Positions 40,460-51,203 of a stretch of DNA of 64,000 bases are shown here, one piece after another; positions within the stretch are counted from its first letter, which is position 1; each line of letters begins with the position of its first letter. The translations under genes and the position numbers were made by a program. Where the stretch lies: the NCBI GenBank assembly GCA_965659695.1, contig CBFHXC010000001.1:3845-67844 (forward strand), given 5' to 3'. The notes under the pieces were generated by a model. The model saw nothing but the letters and a program-made list of their open reading frames with translations. It was not told where the DNA came from and made no database searches. The stretch comes from Rhodospirillales bacterium. GTDB taxonomy: Bacteria; Pseudomonadota; Alphaproteobacteria; Rhodospirillales; Casp-alpha2.

Positions 40460-41450
40460 TGTCCTTTAATGCCAGGGCACGATTGTACAAATCCCGTTTA
40501 GATCGCCCACTCGCAGCGGCGACCATATTGGCCGCGTCCTTGATCCGCTCTGTCTTCATCGCGTCTTTTAACATGGTATCGATTTCGGTATCGCTCATTT
40601 CATCACCCTCCAGCGGGGGGCCAACGACAATGGTGATTTCACCTTTGGGTGGTCCCTCTTCTTGGTAATGGATGGAAAGGTCAGATAATTTACCACGCCG
40701 GGTTTCTTCGAATTTCTTGGTCATTTCACGAACCACGGCCACGTCCCGGTCGCCCAACACATCGGCCATATCTGTCAGCGACGCGGCCAGTCGCTTGGCT
40801 GATTCTAAAAACACCAACGTTGTGTCCGTGTTTTTAAGCTCGCCTAGCCATGTGGTTTTTTTGCCCTGCTTCGGCGGTGGAAACCCGCAATACATAAAAC
40901 GGTCCGTCGGCAATCCAGCCAGCATTAATCCGGTTGTCACGGCCGATGCACCGGGGATGGCGTGAACGGGAATGTCCAGTTCGCGGCAATCCTGGGCCAT
41001 GCGAAACCCAGGATCATTAATCATCGGTGTGCCTGCATCTGACACCAACGCCACGATTTTGCCCAATTCCAACTGTTCAATCAATTTAGGTCGCATCTCG
41101 GCGGCGTTGTGTTCGTGATAGGAAACAAGGCGATCAGGGCGAATATTATGGACCGACAACAATTTCCGGGTCACACGGGTATCTTCGCATGCCAGCACAT
41201 CTGCGGCCTGCAATACATCAATGGCGCGAAGCGTAATGTCGCGCGCATTTCCAATTGGCGTTGCGACCAAATAAAGTCCGGGCGTAATCTGGGCGAGCTG
41301 CGTTTCAGATGGTTTACTGTACTCAGCCGAGGCGCTACGTTCGGCGTCAACTTGTGAACGAGAGGCCGATGCAGAACCAGTTCGTTTCCCGTCCCGTATC
41401 CCGCCCTGTCCCTCGTCGGAATCGCCCGATGATGATCCTTGTCGCGGCAT
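40449..41450 (-). CDS. rsmI: 16S rRNA C1402 2'-O-methyltransferase
   Basis: LYLVATPIGNARDITLRA, CEDTR, VSDAGTP, REMTKKFEE. Start set at the ATG at 41450 with an AGGGG RBS. Confidence 0.93.
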   Translation of the reverse strand: MPRQGSSSGDSDEGQGGIRDGKRTGSASASRSQVDAERSASAEYSKPSETQLAQITPGLYLVATPIGNARDITLRAIDVLQAADVLACEDTRVTRKLLSVHNIRPDRLVSYHEHNAAEMRPKLIEQLELGKIVALVSDAGTPMINDPGFRMAQDCRELDIPVHAIPGASAVTTGLMLAGLPTDRFMYCGFPPPKQGKKTTWLGELKNTDTTLVFLESAKRLAASLTDMADVLGDRDVAVVREMTKKFEETRRGKLSDLSIHYQEEGPPKGEITIVVGPPLEGDEMSDTEIDTMLKDAMKTERIKDAANMVAAASGRSKRDLYNRALALKDSEL

Positions 41451-42898
41451 TGTGCTTACCCCTATTGCTGTCGGCATGCCAACAAACCGCAAACACAAGC
41501 GGCGAGCAAGGAAAGCCGATGGTCGCCGGTCCAGGGCCAGCACCAGAAGTAGGCGCAGCAATCCCACGTACTCAGGCTCTACCGCCCGTTTCAGGACCAC
41601 GCACACCGCCGCCAGTGGGCGTGCCATCTGTGCCGTCCAATGCGCCAAGTGCCCGCGCTGGAGAGCCCTTACCATCGTTGGCAGAGCTATTAAACCGCCC
41701 AGGCAACCCGTCCATCACCCCATCTGAAATCATGACCTCTACAGTCCCCATCGCGAATTTTGATGCGGTGCGGGTCGCGATTTTGGTGCCCCTGAGTGGA
41801 CCCAACGCGAAATTGGGCCAGGCCATGTTGAACGCAGCGCAAATGGCCTTGTTCCAATTCGCCGACGAACGATTTGAATTGCTTCCCCATGACACCGCCG
41901 GCACACCCGAGGGTGCATTAACCGCTGCCCAGGTTGCGATTGGCGATGGGGCAAAAATGATTATCGGCCCGTTATTAGCGGCGTCCGTTCAGATGGTTGG
42001 GCCCATTGCGCGGGCTGCGAATGTGCCTGTGATGGCGTTTTCCAGTGATCGCACGGTCGCGGGTGGCGGTGTTTATGTCATGGGATTTCTACCGTCTGCC
42101 GAGACCGAGCGTGTGATATCGTTGACCGCCCGTCGCGGGTATCGACGTTTTGGTTTGTTGGCACCCGACACCACTTATGGCTCGACTGTGTTGCAAGCCA
42201 TGCGCGAGATGGCTTTGCAGTATGGAGTCGAGATTACCAAGGCACGCCTGTATGACCCGTCGGCAGATGATTTTACCGACGTGGTACGACAGATTTCTGA
42301 CTTTGATAATCGCAAACGTGAATTGGAACGTCAGATTGCCGAACTCCAAGGACGCACCGACGAGCTGTCAATCAAAACACTAGAGCGCCTGGAAAAATTG
42401 CAAACGGCCGGCGACCTGCCCTTTGATGCATTGATGGTCGCAGATGGCGGTCAACGGTTGCAGAAAATTGCGGCCCTGTTGCCGTTCTTTGATGTCGATC
42501 CGGCGGTGGTGAAAATTCTTGGTACCGGGCAATGGGATGTGCCGGGATTAGGCGCTGAACCGGCATTGGTTGGTGCATGGTATGCGGCACCAGAACCGGC
42601 GGCGCGGGGTTCATTCAATCAGGACTACACCGATACGTTTGGCTCCGCCCCGCCGCGCCTCGCGACATTGGCCTATGATGCATCAGCATTAGCGTCGGTT
42701 TTGGGCCAAGCCGAGGGCGGACCCGACTTTGCGCATGCCACCTTGGCGTCCCCCAACGGATATTGGGGCCGCGATGGTATTTTCCGCCTGATGCCAGATG
42801 GCACGACGGAACGCGGGCTTGCGGTGCTGGAAATCACCCGCCGCGCCAGCCGGGTTGTTGAACCTGCCCCCGAGACGTTTCAGGCCGCTATCAACTGA
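41369..42898 (+). CDS. Penicillin-binding protein activator LpoA-like lipoprotein
   Basis: Lipobox LSAC, Pro-rich linker, VAILVPLSG, IIGPL, LAYDA, GRDGIFR; divergent from rsmI. Start position uncertain. Confidence 0.85.
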   Translation: MQNQFVSRPVSRPVPRRNRPMMILVAALCLPLLLSACQQTANTSGEQGKPMVAGPGPAPEVGAAIPRTQALPPVSGPRTPPPVGVPSVPSNAPSARAGEPLPSLAELLNRPGNPSITPSEIMTSTVPIANFDAVRVAILVPLSGPNAKLGQAMLNAAQMALFQFADERFELLPHDTAGTPEGALTAAQVAIGDGAKMIIGPLLAASVQMVGPIARAANVPVMAFSSDRTVAGGGVYVMGFLPSAETERVISLTARRGYRRFGLLAPDTTYGSTVLQAMREMALQYGVEITKARLYDPSADDFTDVVRQISDFDNRKRELERQIAELQGRTDELSIKTLERLEKLQTAGDLPFDALMVADGGQRLQKIAALLPFFDVDPAVVKILGTGQWDVPGLGAEPALVGAWYAAPEPAARGSFNQDYTDTFGSAPPRLATLAYDASALASVLGQAEGGPDFAHATLASPNGYWGRDGIFRLMPDGTTERGLAVLEITRRASRVVEPAPETFQAAIN

Positions 42899-42918
42899 TT
42901 TTGTGGACGCTTTTATCT

Positions 42919-43026
42919 CGTCACCCCCGCGAAGGCGGGGGTCTAATATTCAGCAATAGATCCCCGCCTTCGCGGGAATGACGGTGACAATTCTTGGGTA
43001 CGCGCTTCGCTTCGGTCGGGACGACG
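42919..43026. repeat. CGTC-tagged REP dimer (family C) plus a degenerate half
   Basis: CGTCACCCCCGC-GAAG-GCGGGGGTC ... GATCCCCGC-CTTC-GCGGGAATGACG, then a partial ...GGTCGGGACGACG; lies between converging genes. Confidence 0.8.
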
Positions 43027-43031
43027 AGAAC

Positions 43032-44183
43032 CTATTTCTCCATAATCAATCGATCCAACACCCCATTCAGCACCAAGCGACCTGTTGGCGATGCCACCAA
43101 ATGGGTATCGGTCTGGATCAGCAATCCGCCCGCGACCAGCAGGGGCATTGCGTCAGTGTCGATGATGCGGGCCGCGTCAATACCGGTGACAGTCCGAAAA
43201 CGTTGCAGATCAATCCCCTCGGCCAATCGTAATCCCATCATGATCAGCTCGCGCGCGCGATCCTCGGAACTTAAAGGGCGGCGTTTCGCGGTGCCATGAC
43301 CGTCGTCGCTGACTTTCTCTAGCCAGCGCACGGGGTTGTGAATCTGGTGCGTGCCAAACGCTTGACCTTCAAGCGTAATCCGCCCGTGCGCACCGGGACC
43401 AATGCCGACGTAGTCACCGCCCCGCCAGCCACACAAGTTATAACGGCTCTCGTCGCCTGGCTCGGCATGATTGGATACTTCATACGCGGGGCATCCGTGC
43501 GCGGCCGTGACCTCTTGTGTGATGTCGTACATGTCAGCGGCCAAATCGGGGTCGGCGCCGACGACGCCCACCTTGTTAAATGCAGTGCCGGATTCGATGG
43601 TCAATTGATACAGCGAGACATGACCGCCTGCATGGCTCAGTGCGCTTTCCAACTCCCGCTTCCAATCATCCGCCGATTGGTCCGGCAATGCGTAGATCAA
43701 ATCAAACGTGGTGCGATCAAAAATGTGCTGCGCTTCTTCCAGTGCCTTTAGTCCATCAGCACCAGAGTGATCTCGCCCCAGAAATGCGAGTGCATTGTCA
43801 TTCAACGATTGAATGCCAACCGACAATCGATTGACGCCCGCGGTATGAAATTCTTGGAACCGGGCACGCTCAGATGATGTCGGATTGGTCTCCAATGTAA
43901 TTTCAATGTCGTCGGCAACGAGCCAATGCCCCGCAACCGCATTGATGACGGCGCTGACCGTTGCGGCTGGCATCAGCGACGGCGTGCCGCCGCCGAAATA
44001 TAAACTGGTGACGGTGCGTTCTTGGGTGTCCTTAGCGTAGTGTTTGAGATCAGCGAGCAATCCATCGCGCCATGCGCCGTCGTCGATGTCGGTTTGCGCG
44101 TGGACATTGAAATCACAATAGGGGCAGATGGTCTGGCAAAATGGCCAGTGAACATAAATGCTAAAGCCTGGATCGTTCGTCAT
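43032..44183 (-). CDS. hemW: Radical SAM heme chaperone HemW
   Basis: YVHWPFCQTICPYCDF, FGGGTPS, YEVSNHA, GIGPGAHGR. Confidence 0.92.
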   Translation of the reverse strand: MTNDPGFSIYVHWPFCQTICPYCDFNVHAQTDIDDGAWRDGLLADLKHYAKDTQERTVTSLYFGGGTPSLMPAATVSAVINAVAGHWLVADDIEITLETNPTSSERARFQEFHTAGVNRLSVGIQSLNDNALAFLGRDHSGADGLKALEEAQHIFDRTTFDLIYALPDQSADDWKRELESALSHAGGHVSLYQLTIESGTAFNKVGVVGADPDLAADMYDITQEVTAAHGCPAYEVSNHAEPGDESRYNLCGWRGGDYVGIGPGAHGRITLEGQAFGTHQIHNPVRWLEKVSDDGHGTAKRRPLSSEDRARELIMMGLRLAEGIDLQRFRTVTGIDAARIIDTDAMPLLVAGGLLIQTDTHLVASPTGRLVLNGVLDRLIMEK

Positions 44184-44190
44184 TTAAACA

Positions 44191-44326
44191 CCCCCCTCAC
44201 CTAACCTCTCCTCCGTCGCCAATCCATTTGGCGCGAGCCAATGAGAGGGGGAGGGGGATCGGGTTGGGTTGCATTTCGACAGGGTCCCTCTCCCATGCGA
44301 AGCGGGGGAGAGGACAGGTGAGGGGG
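44191..44326 (+). repeat. Family A element, copy 2, with nested insert in the left hairpin
   Basis: CCCCCCTCACCTAACCTCTCC-[CCGTCGCCAATCCATTTGGCGCGAGCCAATG]-..GGGA-spacer-CAGGGTCCCTCTCCC..GGGAGAGGACAGGTGAGGGGG. Confidence 0.85.
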
Positions 44327-44334
44327 ATGCGCTT

Positions 44335-44931
44335 CTAATCAAAACACGCCGCGACCAGTTGGCGAAACGCATCGGCGCGGTGGGACATGGCGTGTTTTCG
44401 TTCAGGGTCCATCTCGGCGAATGTGATGCTTTCACCGTCGGCGATGAAGATCGGATCATAGCCAAATCCTTTATCGCCGACAGGGGGCCATGTGATGTCG
44501 CCCGATACCGTGCCCTCGAAAACTTCTGTGTGACCATCGGGCCACGCCAATGCCAGCGCGCAAACGAACTTGGCGGATCGATCTTCTGTCCCACGCATAA
44601 GTTCTTCGACCAGCTTCATGGCGACCATGAAATCTTTATCCGATCCGGCCCATCGCGCGGAATAAATGCCAGGCGCGCCATCCAATGCGTTGACCGCCAA
44701 TCCAGAATCATCCGATAGCGCGGGCAGCCCTGATGCCTTGGCGGCGGCATTTGCTTTTAACAGTGCATTGCCGACGAACGTGTCTTCGGTCTCTTCGGGT
44801 TCCTGTAAATCCAGTTCACCAGCGGATACGACATCGACCCCAAATGGGCTTAGCAGGTCTGCGATTTCACGAACCTTGCCCGGGTTGTGGCTGGCAATGA
44901 CCAGTTTCTTCTCGTCGAAATGCCGCGCCAT
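44335..44931 (-). CDS. rdgB: dITP/XTP pyrophosphatase
   Basis: [37 protein letters not shown]. Confidence 0.96.
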   Translation of the reverse strand: MARHFDEKKLVIASHNPGKVREIADLLSPFGVDVVSAGELDLQEPEETEDTFVGNALLKANAAAKASGLPALSDDSGLAVNALDGAPGIYSARWAGSDKDFMVAMKLVEELMRGTEDRSAKFVCALALAWPDGHTEVFEGTVSGDITWPPVGDKGFGYDPIFIADGESITFAEMDPERKHAMSHRADAFRQLVAACFD

Positions 44932-44937
44932 TTCAGG

Positions 44938-45654
44938 TTAGCCCTTTAACGCGGCGGTTTGGATATCGCTCAATTCCACAACGCCTTTTTTAGCCAATCT
45001 TAACAGCTCCAAAAATGCGTCTTCGGAAAAAGGATCGGCCTCGGCAGTCCCCTGGATTTCTACGATGCCGCCCTTTCCGGTCAGCACAAAGTTCGCGTCG
45101 GCCTCGGCGTTTGAATCTTCATCATAGTCCAAATCCAACACAGGCGTGCCATCAAAAATGCCGCACGATACCGCACCGACGCTATCGATCAGTGGAACCT
45201 CGGTCATGATGCCTAGGTTCACACAGTATTCAAACGCTTGATGCAACGCCACGTACGCGCCGGTGATGCTGGCGGTTCGCGTGCCACCGTCGGCCTGAAT
45301 GACGTCGCAATCGACCTTGACCTGAATTTCACCCATCCCCTCAAGGTTGGTCACAGCCCGCAACGACCGCCCAATCAGGCGTTGGATTTCCTGGGTTCGG
45401 CCCGATTGCTTGCCGCGGGCGGCCTCGCGGTTCATCCGTGAATGGGTGGAGCGAGGCAGCATGCCGTACTCAGCGGTCACCCAGCCCTTGCCGGAGTCCC
45501 GCATCCATGGCGGCACACGCTGTTCAACACTGGCGGTACACAGCACGTGGGTATCGCCGAACTTGGCCATGCATGACCCTTCGGCATGTTTGGTAGGGTT
45601 GAGTTCGAGGATGACATCTCGCATTTGATCGGATTGACGGCCGGATGGGCGCAT
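44938..45654 (-). CDS. rph: Ribonuclease PH
   Basis: [35 protein letters not shown]. Confidence 0.98.
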   Translation of the reverse strand: MRPSGRQSDQMRDVILELNPTKHAEGSCMAKFGDTHVLCTASVEQRVPPWMRDSGKGWVTAEYGMLPRSTHSRMNREAARGKQSGRTQEIQRLIGRSLRAVTNLEGMGEIQVKVDCDVIQADGGTRTASITGAYVALHQAFEYCVNLGIMTEVPLIDSVGAVSCGIFDGTPVLDLDYDEDSNAEADANFVLTGKGGIVEIQGTAEADPFSEDAFLELLRLAKKGVVELSDIQTAALKG

Positions 45655-45784
45655 AACTGTAAAAACTCCTGTATCTGTTGGCGCGCACGCTAACGATTTC
45701 GCCCCGCGCCGTAAAGTCGGACATTATTCATCTGATCAAACCCGTTGCGTTGACGGGATATCGCGCCGAGACTAATTAACAACC

Positions 45785-46831
45785 ATGATTGCAGAATTGA
45801 ACGAGCGCTCTCGCGAAGTGTTTCGGCTGATTGTCGAAGCCTATTGCGAAACCGGTGACCCCGTTGGGTCGCGCACGGTGTCGCGTCAATTGGCGCAAGC
45901 GCTGTCCCCTGCGACCGTGCGCAACGTCATGGCAGATCTGGAAGACGCCGGGTTGTTGTTCGCGCCGCATACGTCGGCGGGGCGGATTCCTACAGATGCG
46001 GGCCTGCGGTTGTTCGTTGATGGTATTTTAGAAGTCGGCAATTTGTCAGATACGGAACGCGACCAGATCGAGGCCTTGGCGGCGGCTGAATCAAGAAGTG
46101 CTGATCAGGTTTTAGAAGATGTCTCATCGACGCTGGCAGGCCTGACGGGTGCGGCCAGCATGGTCTTTGCGCCCAAATCCGATAGTCCATTGAAGCACAT
46201 TGAATTTGTAAATTTAGGCCCCGGCCAAGCGCTGGTGGTGTTGGTCAGCGAAAATGGCATGGTTGAAAACCGGCTGATCACGACACCCCTTGGGTTACCG
46301 CCCTCTGCGCTGGTCGAAGCATCAAATTATCTAAGCGCAAAGTTGATTGGGCGGACCCTGCAAGAAGCCCACGAGGAAATCCGTGCGGAGCTAGAGTCCC
46401 ATCAGGCACGGTTAGATGACCTGACCACACGGGTTGTTGAAAGTGGCCTGGCCACTTGGTCCGGCGAAGGCGCTGAAAACGCAGGCGGAGGGCGCCTGAT
46501 CGTGCGAGGGCAGTCGAAGCTGCTAAACGATGTCACGGCCCTCGATGATTTGGAACGAATTCGTACGTTATTCGAGGCGCTAGAAGCCCGCCAGGAAATG
46601 TTGAAGTTATTGTCCCTTGCGGATGACGCCGAAGGAGTCCAAATCTTCATCGGGGCGGACAACAATCTGTTTAACCTGGCTGGGTGTTCGATGATTGTCG
46701 GACCGTACCGAAATGATACGAACAATATTGTCGGTGCGATTGGTGTGATTGGGCCGGCCCGAATGAATTACGCACGGATCATCCCAATGGTCGATTATAC
46801 GGCCAAATTGATCGGTAAAAGACTTAGGTAA
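45785..46831 (+). CDS. hrcA: Heat-inducible transcription repressor HrcA
   Basis: PVGSRT, SPATVRNVMADLE, PHTSAGRIPT, GVIGPARMNY. Confidence 0.97.
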   Translation: MIAELNERSREVFRLIVEAYCETGDPVGSRTVSRQLAQALSPATVRNVMADLEDAGLLFAPHTSAGRIPTDAGLRLFVDGILEVGNLSDTERDQIEALAAAESRSADQVLEDVSSTLAGLTGAASMVFAPKSDSPLKHIEFVNLGPGQALVVLVSENGMVENRLITTPLGLPPSALVEASNYLSAKLIGRTLQEAHEEIRAELESHQARLDDLTTRVVESGLATWSGEGAENAGGGRLIVRGQSKLLNDVTALDDLERIRTLFEALEARQEMLKLLSLADDAEGVQIFIGADNNLFNLAGCSMIVGPYRNDTNNIVGAIGVIGPARMNYARIIPMVDYTAKLIGKRLR

Positions 46832-46870
46832 CGACGCGCAAACAGACGCGACAAGAGTTTGGAAAAGACG

Positions 46871-47641
46871 ATGGATAACCAAGAAAAAGCTGATACCCCC
46901 GAAGAGAACCCACAAGAGACACCTGCCCCAGAGGCCGGTGCAACAGAATCTTCTGCGCACGAAACACCTGAAGCTGAAGCAACTGGACAGGCGGGATCTT
47001 CGGATGATGACATTCTTGAAACCATTCAAGAGGCGACAGATGCTGCGGCTGCCGAAGCCCCTGATTTAGAGGCCGAATTAGCAGACGCCAAAGACAAATT
47101 GCTGCGTGCCTTGGCCGAGTCTGAAAACGTCCGCCGACGCGCCGCGCGTGATGTCGAAAATGCAACGAAGCGCGCCATTGCAGGGTTTGCCCGCGATATG
47201 GCCGTGGTCGCGGATAACCTGGGTCGCGCCATGGATGCCGTTGATCCCAAGAACTACGAAAGTGACGAAAACCTGAAAGGGTTGATCACGGGGATCGAAA
47301 TGACCGCCAAAGACCTGCAAAAGGGGTTTGAGCGCAATGGAATCACCCGCGTTGACCCGCTGGGGGAGCGGTTCGATCCACAACTCCACGAAGCCATGTT
47401 CGAATACGATGACCCATCCAAGCCGTCCGGCACAGTCGGTCAAGTCATGGAAGTGGGATATTCGTTGAATGGGCAGCCTTTGCGCCCGGCCAAAGTCGGC
47501 GTAACCAAGGGCGGTCCGAAACCAGAAGCAGCCCCCAAGCCGTCTGAACAGACCATGGAAGACGCCGCAAAGCCCCAGGGTGGCAGTGCTTACGAGGATT
47601 CCGGCAAGCCGTCAGGGACAAATTTGGACGAAGAGCTGTAA
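46871..47641 (+). CDS. grpE: Nucleotide exchange factor GrpE
   Basis: LRALAESENVRRR, FDPQLHEAM, GYSLNGQPLRPAKV. Start set at the ATG at 46871. Confidence 0.96.
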   Translation: MDNQEKADTPEENPQETPAPEAGATESSAHETPEAEATGQAGSSDDDILETIQEATDAAAAEAPDLEAELADAKDKLLRALAESENVRRRAARDVENATKRAIAGFARDMAVVADNLGRAMDAVDPKNYESDENLKGLITGIEMTAKDLQKGFERNGITRVDPLGERFDPQLHEAMFEYDDPSKPSGTVGQVMEVGYSLNGQPLRPAKVGVTKGGPKPEAAPKPSEQTMEDAAKPQGGSAYEDSGKPSGTNLDEEL

Positions 47642-47677
47642 AAACAGCGATTTAGAGGCAAAAAACAGCTAAAAACC

Positions 47678-47706
47678 GTTGCGGCGGAGAATTTCGGGAC
47701 TTATAT
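47678..47706 (+). promoter_or_regulatory. Putative RpoH promoter of dnaK
   Basis: GTTG-N18-CTTATAT resembles the alphaproteobacterial sigma32 consensus CTTG...CYTATNT. Confidence 0.5.
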
Positions 47707-47846
47707 CCCCCTCAGAGACGTAATGTTATTGTGAGAGGTTCCACTCTCGCGTCCTTCAAACCAAGTCATAATTGACGATGTTAGCACTGGGATCGTTTTT
47801 GGCGCTGAAATAGGCCGGGGCGATTGCCGCAGAAAGTGAGGAAGAC

Positions 47847-49781
47847 ATGAGTAAAGTTATCGGTATCGATTTGGGCACCACAAACTCTTGTGTGGCTGTC
47901 ATGGATGGTTCTACCGCCAAGGTGATTGAAAATGCCGAAGGTGCCAGGACCACACCATCAATGGTTGCCTTTGCAGAATCGGGCGAGCGCCTTGTCGGGC
48001 AGTCCGCAAAACGCCAAGCAGTGACCAACCCAGAAAACACATTATTTGCCATTAAGCGCCTGATTGGGCGCCGGTATGACGACCCCGTTACAGAAAAAGA
48101 TAAAAAGGTTGTCCCCTATAACATCGTAAAGGGTGACAACGGCGATGCGTGGGTCGAAGCCGAAGGCAAGAACTACTCTCCATCGCAGATCTCGGCGTTC
48201 ATCCTGCAAAAGATGAAAGAAACTGCCGAAAGCTATTTGGGTGAGACAGTTGAGCAAGCCGTGATCACGGTCCCTGCGTATTTCAATGACTCACAGCGCC
48301 AAGCGACAAAAGACGCGGGCAAGATTGCTGGCCTTGAAGTACTGCGGATCATCAACGAGCCGACAGCGGCTGCGTTGGCATATGGTCTTGAGAAAAAAGA
48401 CAGCGGCACCATCGTCGTCTATGACTTGGGTGGTGGTACGTTTGATGTGTCCGTCCTCGAAATCGGTGATGGCGTCTTCGAAGTAAAATCCACCAACGGT
48501 GATACATTCTTAGGGGGTGAAGACTTCGACAACCGCGTCGTCGATTACCTAGCCGACGAGTTCAAAAAAGATAACTCCATCGATCTTCGTGAAGACAAGC
48601 TGGCATTGCAGCGTCTGAAGGAAGCAGCCGAGAAAGCCAAAATCGAGTTATCTTCGACGTCACAGACTGAAGTGAACCTGCCATTTATCACGGCTGATCA
48701 GTCCGGACCGAAACACCTGAACATCAAACTGTCTCGTGCCAAGTTCGAGACACTTGTCGAGGATTTGGTCGAGCGGACGATCACGCCATGCAAAAACGCG
48801 CTCAAAGATGCGGGCGTCAGCGCGGGCGAAATCGACGAAGTCATTTTGGTCGGTGGTATGACCCGGATGCCAAAAGTCATCGAGATCGTTAAAAATCACT
48901 TTGGCCGCGAGCCACACAAGGGTGTGAACCCTGATGAAGTTGTCGCCATCGGCGCAGCTATTCAGGGCGGCGTATTGAAGGGTGATGTCAAAGACGTCCT
49001 ATTGTTGGATGTCACGCCATTGTCGCTGGGGATCGAAACCCTGGGCGGTGTGTTCACTCGCTTGATCGATCGCAACACGACGATCCCGACCCGGAAAAGC
49101 CAAACATTCTCGACCGCCGAAGACAACCAGTCTGCGGTGACCATTCGGGTCTTCCAGGGCGAGCGTGAAATGGCGGCCGATAACAAATTGCTGGGCCAGT
49201 TTGATTTGGTCGGCATTCCACCATCGGCGCGCGGTATGCCGCAGATCGAAGTCACCTTTGACATCGATGCCAACGGTATCGTCAACGTGTCTGCCAAGGA
49301 CAAAGCCACGGGTAAGGAACAACAAATCCGTATCCAGGCGTCCGGCGGTCTGTCCGATGATGACATCGAACAAATGGTTCAAGATGCCGAACAAAATGCC
49401 GAGGATGATAAAAAGCGTCGTGAATTGGTCGATGCCCGCAATAACGCGGACAGCATGATCCACGCCACCGAAAAGAGCCTGGGCGAATACGGTGATCAAA
49501 TTCCTGCCGAAGACAAAACGGCGATCGAAACCGCAGTCACGGAACTTCGTGATGTCATCGAAGGCGACGATTTGGAAGCGATCAACACCAAGACCGAGAC
49601 CCTGTCTCAAGTATCCATGAAGTTGGGCGAAGCGATGTACAAAGCTCAACAAGAAGAAGCCGAAGCCGCGCAAGCGACAGGCGGTACAGACGATGCAGGG
49701 GCCAGCTCGAAGAAAGACGATGACGATACCGTTGTCGATGCGGACTTCGAAGAGGTCGATCCGGACCAAGACAAGAAGTAA
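47847..49781 (+). CDS. dnaK: Chaperone DnaK
   Basis: [38 protein letters not shown]. Confidence 0.99.
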   Translation: MSKVIGIDLGTTNSCVAVMDGSTAKVIENAEGARTTPSMVAFAESGERLVGQSAKRQAVTNPENTLFAIKRLIGRRYDDPVTEKDKKVVPYNIVKGDNGDAWVEAEGKNYSPSQISAFILQKMKETAESYLGETVEQAVITVPAYFNDSQRQATKDAGKIAGLEVLRIINEPTAAALAYGLEKKDSGTIVVYDLGGGTFDVSVLEIGDGVFEVKSTNGDTFLGGEDFDNRVVDYLADEFKKDNSIDLREDKLALQRLKEAAEKAKIELSSTSQTEVNLPFITADQSGPKHLNIKLSRAKFETLVEDLVERTITPCKNALKDAGVSAGEIDEVILVGGMTRMPKVIEIVKNHFGREPHKGVNPDEVVAIGAAIQGGVLKGDVKDVLLLDVTPLSLGIETLGGVFTRLIDRNTTIPTRKSQTFSTAEDNQSAVTIRVFQGEREMAADNKLLGQFDLVGIPPSARGMPQIEVTFDIDANGIVNVSAKDKATGKEQQIRIQASGGLSDDDIEQMVQDAEQNAEDDKKRRELVDARNNADSMIHATEKSLGEYGDQIPAEDKTAIETAVTELRDVIEGDDLEAINTKTETLSQVSMKLGEAMYKAQQEEAEAAQATGGTDDAGASSKKDDDDTVVDADFEEVDPDQDKK

Positions 49782-49804
49782 CGGTTCACGCCGTCATTCA
49801 TTTA

Positions 49805-49828
49805 CGGGTCCCGAGAAATCGGGGCCCG
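49805..49828 (+). terminator. dnaK-dnaJ intercistronic hairpin
   Basis: CGGGTCCCGA-GAAA-TCGGGGCCCG with no U-tract, so more likely an mRNA stability or attenuation hairpin. Confidence 0.5.
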
Positions 49829-49865
49829 GTGAATGGGTGATCATGCTTCGGGGGTATAAACGGAC

Positions 49866-51026
49866 ATGGCAAAACGAGATTATTACGAAAGTCTTGGGGT
49901 ATCGAAAGATGCCGACGCGGCTGAGCTGAAGAAGGCTTATCGCAAGCTTGCCATGCAGTATCACCCGGACCGCAACCCAGATGATGCCGAGGCAGAAAAG
50001 AACTTCAAAGAAGTCAATGAAGCGTATGAAGTCCTCAAAGACGACGACAAGCGTGCGGCCTATGATCGCTTTGGACACGCAGCTTTCGAAGGCGGTGGAC
50101 CAGGTGGTGGCGGCTTTGGCGGCGGTGGTTTCGGCGGCGGCGGCCAAGGTGGTTTCGCCGATATATTCGAAGAAATGTTTGGCGACTTCATGGGCGGCGG
50201 TGGCGGCGGTCGTGGCGGCGGTGGCGGTCCCGGACGGGGCTCTGACCTTCGCTACAACATGGAATGCACCCTAGAAGAAGCCTTTAACGGTCTAAAGACG
50301 GACATTCGTGTACCGACTTCTGTGATTTGTGACAGCTGCACCGGCACCGGTGGAGAAGGTGGGGCGGCACCCGTGAGCTGCGGCACCTGTGGTGGGGCTG
50401 GACGTGTTCGGTCACAGTCCGGGTTCTTTACCGTCGAACGCGGTTGCCCAACGTGCCAGGGCACCGGCCAAACAATCGCCGACCCATGCCGCGCCTGTGG
50501 TGGTGCTGGTCGTACACAAAAAGACAAAACGCTGTCGGTGAATATTCCGGCCGGCGTCGAAGAAGGCACACGTATCCGGTTGGCCGGCGAAGGCGAAGCA
50601 GGTCTGCGTGGTGCGCCGGCGGGCGATCTTTATATCTTTATCTCAGTCAAACCGCATCGCTTCTTTAAGCGCGATCAGGCTGATATCTATGTCCGCGTTC
50701 CGGTCCCGATGACGGTCGCCTCGCTTGGCGGCCAAATCGAAGTGCCAACGATCGAGGGCAAATTGGTCCGCGTCACCATCCCCGAAGGCACACCGACGGG
50801 CCACCAATTGCGCCTGCGTGGCAAGGGGATGAAGGTGCTGCGCTCCGAAAACCGCGGTGACATGTTTGTGCAAATTTTTGTCGAAACGCCGGTCAACCTG
50901 ACCAAGAAGCAAAAAGAACTCCTCAAAGAATTCTCGGGCGACGAAAAACAGGTCAAAAAACACAGCCCCGAGTCCACCGGGTTTTTGGACAAAGTCAAAG
51001 AGCTTTGGGAAGATCTTAGGGATTAA
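49866..51026 (+). CDS. dnaJ: Chaperone DnaJ
   Basis: HPD motif, G/F-rich region, four CxxCxGxG repeats. Confidence 0.99.
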   Translation: MAKRDYYESLGVSKDADAAELKKAYRKLAMQYHPDRNPDDAEAEKNFKEVNEAYEVLKDDDKRAAYDRFGHAAFEGGGPGGGGFGGGGFGGGGQGGFADIFEEMFGDFMGGGGGGRGGGGGPGRGSDLRYNMECTLEEAFNGLKTDIRVPTSVICDSCTGTGGEGGAAPVSCGTCGGAGRVRSQSGFFTVERGCPTCQGTGQTIADPCRACGGAGRTQKDKTLSVNIPAGVEEGTRIRLAGEGEAGLRGAPAGDLYIFISVKPHRFFKRDQADIYVRVPVPMTVASLGGQIEVPTIEGKLVRVTIPEGTPTGHQLRLRGKGMKVLRSENRGDMFVQIFVETPVNLTKKQKELLKEFSGDEKQVKKHSPESTGFLDKVKELWEDLRD

Positions 51027-51135
51027 CCCCCTCACCTAGCCTCTCCCCCTGTCAGGGGGAGAGGGATGAGATCGAGTAACTCTAAAACAGGGTTCCTCTC
51101 CCAGCGTTATAGGGGGGAGAGGACAGGTGAGGGGG
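51027..51135 (+). repeat. Family A element, copy 3 (no insert)
   Basis: Starts immediately after the dnaJ stop codon; same two hairpins and spacer as copy 1. Confidence 0.88.
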
Positions 51136-51203
51136 CGTTCTCACGTGACACTCGCCATTAAATTCGTAAGATGCCGCCGAATGATTTATGCGGGAGAGCA
51201 GCC

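Noticed and set aside
48999-49769. 256-aa ORF antisense to dnaK
   Set aside because: Long antisense frames opposite dnaK are a known by-product of codon bias.
50091-50240. GGC/GGT trinucleotide-rich tract
   Set aside because: It encodes the normal G/F-rich region of DnaJ.
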